64,000 nt of DNA, taken from IMG/VR virus record IMGVR_UViG_3300045141_000107, positions 26,206 to 90,205 of that record. One strand, 5' to 3'. Position numbers and translations under genes: made by a program. Each line of letters starts with the position of its first letter. Within the stretch, counting starts at the first letter, position 1. Positions 58,683 to 64,000 of the stretch are shown here, piece after piece. A model generated the notes under the pieces. The model was not told the origin of the DNA, did not search any database, and saw only the letters and a program-made list of their open reading frames with translations. Origin of the DNA: a virus.

Positions 58683-58937
58683 CTATGACGCCGCTTGCTT
58701 CTCCATGGCACAGTATTCACACACGTGCGGTGCGTACTCGATGTAGTCCACCATCCACTGCCAGACGTGCCAGAGCCACGGCCTGAAACCACCTAGCTCC
58801 TCGAACACGTACGTCTCACGCTTGTTGCGCCACGTCATTCTCAGCAGGCAGCGCACATGGAACCTGCGGGCCAAGATAGCCCGCACCACCATACTTAGAA
58901 TGACACCGTTGGGTTTCGACCAGTTGGCGTAGGTCAC
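58683..58937 (-). CDS. hypothetical protein
   Basis: 84-aa coupled ORF. Confidence 0.45.
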   Translation of the reverse strand: MTYANWSKPNGVILSMVVRAILARRFHVRCLLRMTWRNKRETYVFEELGGFRPWLWHVWQWMVDYIEYAPHVCEYCAMEKQAAS

Positions 58938-59287
58938 TACTTGACCTTGCGCACTGAGAATTGGCCCTCAGGGTTTGCTTCCATGGAGATGGCCCGCTGC
59001 TTACGCATCTGGCTCTCGGTGCCGCGCTGGAGTACCTGGCCTGTCTCCTTGTTGACCAGCTCATGGGTGCCCTCAGGCACACCCACCACAAAGACCTCCT
59101 CGGGCACCGTATCCACTTCACCAGTGGCAGTCTCGTCCCAACCCTGTGGGACGGTTTCTTCCTCCACGTGGTTGTGAGTGTTGTGCATGTACTGCTGCAT
59201 GCTCATGCGGCGGCCAGCACGGATGTCGATGCGCTTCTGCAAGCGCTTGCGAGCCTGCTTGACGCGGCCCATAGTTCTACGGTTCAT
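58937..59287 (-). CDS. hypothetical protein, basic N-terminus
   Basis: AGGAG RBS downstream of a promoter. Confidence 0.55.
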   Translation of the reverse strand: MNRRTMGRVKQARKRLQKRIDIRAGRRMSMQQYMHNTHNHVEEETVPQGWDETATGEVDTVPEEVFVVGVPEGTHELVNKETGQVLQRGTESQMRKQRAISMEANPEGQFSVRKVK

Positions 59288-59343
59288 ACCACTCCTGTGT
59301 GCACATTCTAGTCATATAGGCTTGCCTGGTGTGCACTGGCCTA

Positions 59344-59373
59344 ATTATGGGGCCTAGATTATCTTTTGCGCAA
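59344..59373 (-). promoter_or_regulatory. repeated early promoter
   Basis: TTGCGC-aaaAGAtaaTCTaggccc-CATAAT. Confidence 0.65.
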
Positions 59374-59562
59374 CGCCACGGACCGCATGGCCTGAGGTAA
59401 GTTCTCCACAAACCATTCTTTGACTTCCTCTGCGGTCAACCCCTGCCGATACAGTCTGCCGACCAGGCGTACCAGATCATCGCGTGACTTGGCAGCCATT
59501 TCGGCCTGTGAGAGTGGGTTCACCACTCTGTTAGTCTTACGCACTGGCACGACTTTGCTCAC
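59359..59562 (-). CDS. hypothetical protein
   Basis: 67 aa; stop codon lies inside the downstream promoter. Confidence 0.5.
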   Translation of the reverse strand: MSKVVPVRKTNRVVNPLSQAEMAAKSRDDLVRLVGRLYRQGLTAEEVKEWFVENLPQAMRSVALRKR

Positions 59563-59942
59563 GCCTGGACACCAACTGGATAAGCAGCCAGCTCACGCTT
59601 GGCCTGTGCATCCCACTTAGCAGGGGCATCAGCCTCACACCTGAATGCATAGTCAAGCGCGAGAGGGTAAGCCCGATTGTAGTGGCAGACTACCTCGTAG
59701 TAGCCATAGTCACCATCTCGGTTGAACTTTGCAGCCAGCCGTGCTCCCTCGGGTTCGTTCCCAAGGGTACGGCGTATGAGTTGCATGAACGCATGGCACT
59801 CTGCTCTCATGCGCTCGTAGTTCGAGCCAGAAACGTTGGCCTGCTCACACTTCTCGTCGCAGGGCGCAGGCCCAATTTCAATGTAGTCCAACATCAAATC
59901 ACTCCAGGGTTTAGACACTGCCAGCCTTTTGTGCAGAGCCAC
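59559..59942 (-). CDS. hypothetical protein (start probably internal)
   Basis: IGPAPCDE.C.Q...ECHAF..LIRR..G.EPEGA.L...GYYEVVC. Confidence 0.55.
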   Translation of the reverse strand: MALHKRLAVSKPWSDLMLDYIEIGPAPCDEKCEQANVSGSNYERMRAECHAFMQLIRRTLGNEPEGARLAAKFNRDGDYGYYEVVCHYNRAYPLALDYAFRCEADAPAKWDAQAKRELAAYPVGVQA

Positions 59943-60259
59943 ACTGTCTCGTTGCTCAGCACCACGATGTCCCCCATTGAGAAGCTGCGCTCCATTGGCA
60001 CAGCTTTCTCGCTGAAGTAGTTATTACCCTGTGCATCCCACGCGCGTTCGCACAAGGTAATCTGGCTCTGGTCATTCTCAACGGAGATGTAGTACATCTT
60101 GTACACACCCTGCGTCAAGTACCAGAGGGCACGTGCTGGGAACTTGGGATCGAAGTACACTTCCGTAACTGGATGCTGTCCCCAACGCTCTGTGCATGCC
60201 TCCCAATCCAGCACACCAATTTGCACTACAACCGTGTCCACACTTGTGTCAGTAGCCAT
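59894..60259 (-). CDS. hypothetical protein (YodL-like RSFSMGDIVV)
   Basis: MATDTSV start after AAGGAG; RSxSxGD motif. Confidence 0.5.
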   Translation of the reverse strand: MATDTSVDTVVVQIGVLDWEACTERWGQHPVTEVYFDPKFPARALWYLTQGVYKMYYISVENDQSQITLCERAWDAQGNNYFSEKAVPMERSFSMGDIVVLSNETVWLCTKGWQCLNPGVI

Positions 60260-60299
60260 CTCGCCACACTCCTTGCGGTACCTATGGGCACCCACCCAC

Positions 60300-60329
60300 A
60301 TAATACCACACAGACCGTCTACCAGGGTT
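60300..60329 (-). promoter_or_regulatory. repeated early promoter (weak -35)
   Basis: ggtAGAcggTCTgtgtgg-TATTAT followed by a GGTGCC-CATA-GGTACC hairpin. Confidence 0.5.
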
Positions 60330-60531
60330 CACTGACTTTGACAGCGATATGCCTTGGACCACTGCCGTCAGTGGACCTGATCCTGATAGTAAAGTTGAGC
60401 CTGTCGATGCGTGTGATATCCATGCGGTCCATATCCACACCAACACCCTGAAGTGAATCAACCATGTACATCCTTGTCATGGCGACCAGCGCGTCTGTGA
60501 CTTTGTACTTGGTATCCTGGGGTAGGGGCAT
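60319..60531 (-). CDS. hypothetical protein
   Basis: 70-aa coupled ORF. Confidence 0.5.
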   Translation of the reverse strand: MPLPQDTKYKVTDALVAMTRMYMVDSLQGVGVDMDRMDITRIDRLNFTIRIRSTDGSGPRHIAVKVSEPW

Positions 60532-60749
60532 TATGATGCTAGCACCTCCTGCTTCGCGATGATGTTGTTGTCGGCATCTGTCTCACAAATCTCCCAGATG
60601 CTACCCATGTCGTCGGTGACAATGCCTACCGTGTTTTCTTCGGTAGAAGCAGAATCATAATAGAACGGGTCCATGCTGGCCTGCACATGGACTACGTGTT
60701 TCTCAGCGCTAAACTTACTCAGCGCCTTCACAAAGTCTTTTGTCAACAT
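60531..60749 (-). CDS. hypothetical protein
   Basis: 72-aa coupled ORF. Confidence 0.5.
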   Translation of the reverse strand: MLTKDFVKALSKFSAEKHVVHVQASMDPFYYDSASTEENTVGIVTDDMGSIWEICETDADNNIIAKQEVLAS

Positions 60750-62257
60750 TAGTGGATGTGTAGCTCCTGTATCGCACGAGTAATGGCAACGTACTTGAGA
60801 TTGTACTCTTGCTGGATTTCCTCATCCGTGGTTGCCATTGGATGCGGCATAAGTCCAGGCTCGATAATGTGCACGATGTGGCTCTCAAGGCCCTTGGCTC
60901 GGTGCACGCTAGACAGTAGCACAAACTTGGTCTTGTCCGTGCTGCCATCGATATCGGCAAAGATTAGCTGGATACGGTCCAACACCTGCTGAACAGTTTC
61001 CATTCCCTGGCATAGTGCGTCGATGCAATCACACTTGTCTGCCAGTACCTGAAGCTTGGCTTCGTTGCTGATAGCCCTTGTAGGGTCTGCACCCAGGCGC
61101 AGTGTCTCTTTGTCACGCCACTCGTTCAGCTTGGTAGTCAGTTCGACCACCGTGTCATGCGGCGCGGCAAGACGCTTGATTAGCTTGGCTAAGTCAGCAC
61201 CTACTTCTCTGCCCTGGATTTTGACTGGCACATTGCCAGCAATCAGCCCGTAGGCTGCACTGACCAGCGGTGCATTCGTGCGACACAGCACCATGTGGCT
61301 GCGCCGGAACTCCAGCGTGCTGTTGTGCTTGACGATGCCGTACTCCATAGGAGGTTCTTCCTTGGAGCCACTGGTTTTCCATACCAAGTATGGTTCCCAT
61401 AGTTCCGGCACGCACTCGAACGTAGGCACAATCTCTTGTGCTAGTTCCACCACAGATGGTGGGCATCTGCGCGTCACTGTTAGAGGCAGTACCTTTACCT
61501 CTCTGTCAGTACCTTCCAGCATGATGCGCATGTTGTCCATGCTATGCGCATCGGCACCCCTGAACCTGTAGATAGCCTGGCGCTTGTCGCCTACCAGGAC
61601 AATACGAGAGCCAGACATCATAACCAGCTCTTGCTGCACACGGTTCAAGTCCTGGCTCTCATCCACAAACAGCACATCGAACTTCTCAACTGCCAGCCCC
61701 AGGACTACGGGCAGGTACAGCATGTCGTCGAAGTCGATGGTGGTCAGGTCTTTCTTGCTTTTCTCAAGGCAGCCCCGCGTTAGACCGCAGATTACCTTGG
61801 TGCTGTCTTCCAGTTCTATGCCGTACTCGGCAGCCAGCCCAACCAGATTCTCAGTAGTTGGTTCCGTCAGCGTGTTCTTGCACAACGACACCAACCTGAG
61901 CGTTGCACTTCTCACATGCGGAGAAGCCAGCGGCGGTATCATTTTGGCAACCTTGTCTCGGTCCAACATGTCACGCAATGGTTTCTTTGCGTGGTCCGAG
62001 ACAGCCTTGCCACCGAGACTATGCAACGTCGCAGCCTTGACGCCCCTTGGCACCCTGTTCTGCAACTCCATTGCAATGGTCCGGTTGAAACAGACGAAGG
62101 CCACTTTCTTGCCACGTGGTAGCACCTTCAGTGCTTCCAAGATGGTAGTGGTCTTGCCCGTACCAGCAAGCGCTTCGATAATCAGGTGGCAGTTCTCTTC
62201 CTTGCACACCTTCATAATCTGTGCTTGCTGCGGACTAAGTGTTAGTGCCACGTTCAC
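60749..62257 (-). CDS. UvrD/Rep-like superfamily I helicase
   Basis: ALAGTGKTT, VDESQD, VGDKRQAIYRFRGA, SVHRAKGLE, YVAITRA. Confidence 0.92.
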   Translation of the reverse strand: MNVALTLSPQQAQIMKVCKEENCHLIIEALAGTGKTTTILEALKVLPRGKKVAFVCFNRTIAMELQNRVPRGVKAATLHSLGGKAVSDHAKKPLRDMLDRDKVAKMIPPLASPHVRSATLRLVSLCKNTLTEPTTENLVGLAAEYGIELEDSTKVICGLTRGCLEKSKKDLTTIDFDDMLYLPVVLGLAVEKFDVLFVDESQDLNRVQQELVMMSGSRIVLVGDKRQAIYRFRGADAHSMDNMRIMLEGTDREVKVLPLTVTRRCPPSVVELAQEIVPTFECVPELWEPYLVWKTSGSKEEPPMEYGIVKHNSTLEFRRSHMVLCRTNAPLVSAAYGLIAGNVPVKIQGREVGADLAKLIKRLAAPHDTVVELTTKLNEWRDKETLRLGADPTRAISNEAKLQVLADKCDCIDALCQGMETVQQVLDRIQLIFADIDGSTDKTKFVLLSSVHRAKGLESHIVHIIEPGLMPHPMATTDEEIQQEYNLKYVAITRAIQELHIH

Positions 62258-62298
62258 CCCTGTGCTTTCTATAGCGTAGCCCTGGTTGGGCTAGCCAC

Positions 62299-62328
62299 AG
62301 TATGCGGCACAGACTATCTTTTGTGCAA
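62299..62328 (-). promoter_or_regulatory. repeated early promoter
   Basis: TTGCAC-aaaAGAtagTCTgtgccg-CATACT. Confidence 0.65.
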
Positions 62329-62652
62329 TGCCGCCAGACGGGTACCTTTGACAACAAGGTATCTGAAGCCTGTGTTGTCTCTGGCGATGCGCATGGCCTC
62401 GCCGTTCAAAGCATCAAAGATAATCTCAAGCTGGATGTTCATCTCTTCCCAGACTTGGTCCCAGCTTTGCTGGCTGGTTTGTTCGTCAAACCATTTCTCT
62501 GGCAGATAAGCCTTGAAGTAGGCTATCCCCATATCACGCGAGCTATCTACGGTACCGGGACCTGTCGCCAACTCTGCTGCAACCACGTCACGCATGAAGC
62601 CTATGGCTAGCATGCGTGCCTGGTCAGCGTCTACCCTACGTTTCTTTGTCAC
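62314..62652 (-). CDS. hypothetical protein
   Basis: 112 aa; stop codon lies inside the downstream promoter. Confidence 0.5.
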   Translation of the reverse strand: MTKKRRVDADQARMLAIGFMRDVVAAELATGPGTVDSSRDMGIAYFKAYLPEKWFDEQTSQQSWDQVWEEMNIQLEIIFDALNGEAMRIARDNTGFRYLVVKGTRLAALHKR

Positions 62653-62829
62653 CTCAGTCGTCGAGTTCCTCCAGCAGTACGGCTTTGGTCGCCTCCAGCA
62701 GTTTCTCCCAAGTTTGGGTTGGGATAGACACCAGTTTCTTGCTGGTATCGGTCTGGTATGGCTCGGCCTGTCGTTCTGCCAGCCTACGCGCCGCTAGCAA
62801 GTTGATAAGCGTCTGGTCTTTCAATGTTT

Positions 62830-63093
62830 TCACTCCCTGTATCCTGCCTGTTTCGGTACCTTGAGTCTGTCGGTGTGGAACCCAACATAACTCTTCACGT
62901 GGGGTTCGATGTGAAAGTGCCACGCGGGGTGCTCTTTCGCCAAACCCTCAATCATCTCGTCCACAAACTTGCTCTCTGCCTCGTAGTACATGCCGTAGAC
63001 TTCGACGCCCTCAAGTGGCACCTGACTATGCGGCAGTTCGTTCAGGCCAGCACCAGATGTAGCCTCTGGTCGGTACACTAGTACAACAATCAT
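62830..63093 (-). CDS. hypothetical protein
   Basis: GAGAGGG RBS downstream of a promoter. Confidence 0.55.
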   Translation of the reverse strand: MIVVLVYRPEATSGAGLNELPHSQVPLEGVEVYGMYYEAESKFVDEMIEGLAKEHPAWHFHIEPHVKSYVGFHTDRLKVPKQAGYRE

Positions 63094-63138
63094 TAGCCCT
63101 CTCTTTCATATGGCGGTACCTAAGGCACCGCTGCCCAC

Positions 63139-63168
63139 AGTATAGGGGCTAGATTATCGGGTAGGCAA
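63139..63168 (-). promoter_or_regulatory. repeated early promoter
   Basis: TTGCCT-acccGAtaaTCTagcccc-TATACT. Confidence 0.65.
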
Positions 63169-63480
63169 TCCTAGAGCGAGTCTGGCAGTGTACAGCCGTA
63201 GCTGTTTCTTACCTTGAGGACTGAGCCTGTGCCGTAACCATGCTTTCAAGCACTCTTTGCAGCGGCCAGTTCCATAGAAACCCGACACGTCTGTAGCAGA
63301 CCCTAGCTCGTAGCCCTTGAATCTGCCATTCACCATAATCATCTTCTGCGTAATGGTTTTCTTACCACACAACGTATAGTCATTGCGCTTCAAGATGTGC
63401 CGATTATGGCGGTAGTCTTCGGATAAGACAATACAGGCACCCTTGTATCCTAGTGCCATGAGCATTTGAGTTGGTATCAC
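63154..63480 (-). CDS. hypothetical protein (H...TLCG...CKEC)
   Basis: 108 aa; stop codon lies inside the downstream promoter. Confidence 0.5.
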   Translation of the reverse strand: MIPTQMLMALGYKGACIVLSEDYRHNRHILKRNDYTLCGKKTITQKMIMVNGRFKGYELGSATDVSGFYGTGRCKECLKAWLRHRLSPQGKKQLRLYTARLALGLPTR

Positions 63481-63775
63481 AGTATCTTATCTTTGAGTTG
63501 GAGTACCTTGCCCCTGGCGGGGCAACCCCACCAGGGACAAGAGCGGCACCACACCATGTTTGAAATCTCAGTGTTCCGCGCCCACAAGATTCTTATAGGG
63601 AAGCCCTAGCACTGACATGCCAATAGGCTTATATGCCCCTACGTCTTCGGGTGTCAGCCCGAAGTCCACATATAATTGTTCACTCCATGCCAGACCAGGG
63701 GGAGGGAGTGAAGCTCAACCCCTGGATTGGGCAGACAACGGTGCACAGCTTAGGCATCTAAAAGATGGCCTGCTC

Positions 63776-63994
63776 CTAAGCTGGTAATTCAATGTTCCAT
63801 GGTGGGATGGGCACCCAATGGGCACGGCCCTTCTTGTCCACCACTCTACGCCCTATCCACTTGAGAGCGCCTTGTGACCACTGAAATATACCGTAGTTGT
63901 GTCCGGGGTGTTGGTCCCACCACAGCCACGCTCTTGTGTAGTCCATAGTGTGGACTACTGGTATCACTCCCTCGCCCAGGGCTTTCGGTTTCAC
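63776..63994 (-). CDS. Trp-rich hypothetical protein
   Basis: 72-aa ORF after AGGAG. Confidence 0.4.
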   Translation of the reverse strand: MKPKALGEGVIPVVHTMDYTRAWLWWDQHPGHNYGIFQWSQGALKWIGRRVVDKKGRAHWVPIPPWNIELPA

Positions 63995-64000
63995 TCCTAC

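Noticed and set aside
1-64000. Prophage or lysogeny module
   Set aside because: No integrase, repressor pair or host genes in this window; lifestyle cannot be determined because the genome extends beyond it

Overview
This window is most of a bacteriophage genome with a contractile tail (myovirus-like), with almost all genes on the minus strand. From the left: a replication module (DUF932-like protein, SSB, primase, DnaB helicase, putative initiator with internal iterons, SF2 helicase; 1-10.2 kb); an expanded lysis cassette (10.3-13.0 kb); baseplate, two tail-fibre cassettes and tail genes (13-39.9 kb); head and packaging genes (39.9-49.0 kb); a compositionally anomalous ~2.5 kb island followed by ~1.1 kb of layered non-coding repeat arrays, probably next to the genome end (49.9-53.1 kb); and an early region of small ORFs, nucleases and a UvrD-like helicase punctuated by a repeated promoter-plus-stem-loop element (53-64 kb). 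I saw no integrase, DNA polymerase, tRNA or CRISPR array. The strongest leads are: (i) the motif-depleted island plus palindrome and GATC arrays, a possible T5-like first-step-transfer or injection-control system; (ii) eight related promoters with a fixed AGA-N3-TCT spacer motif and leader hairpins; (iii) a 59-aa free-standing paralogue of the endolysin N-terminal domain, missing from the ORF track; (iv) a +1 rather than -1 tail-chaperone frameshift. All family assignments come from motif recognition and synteny by eye; no database search was run.
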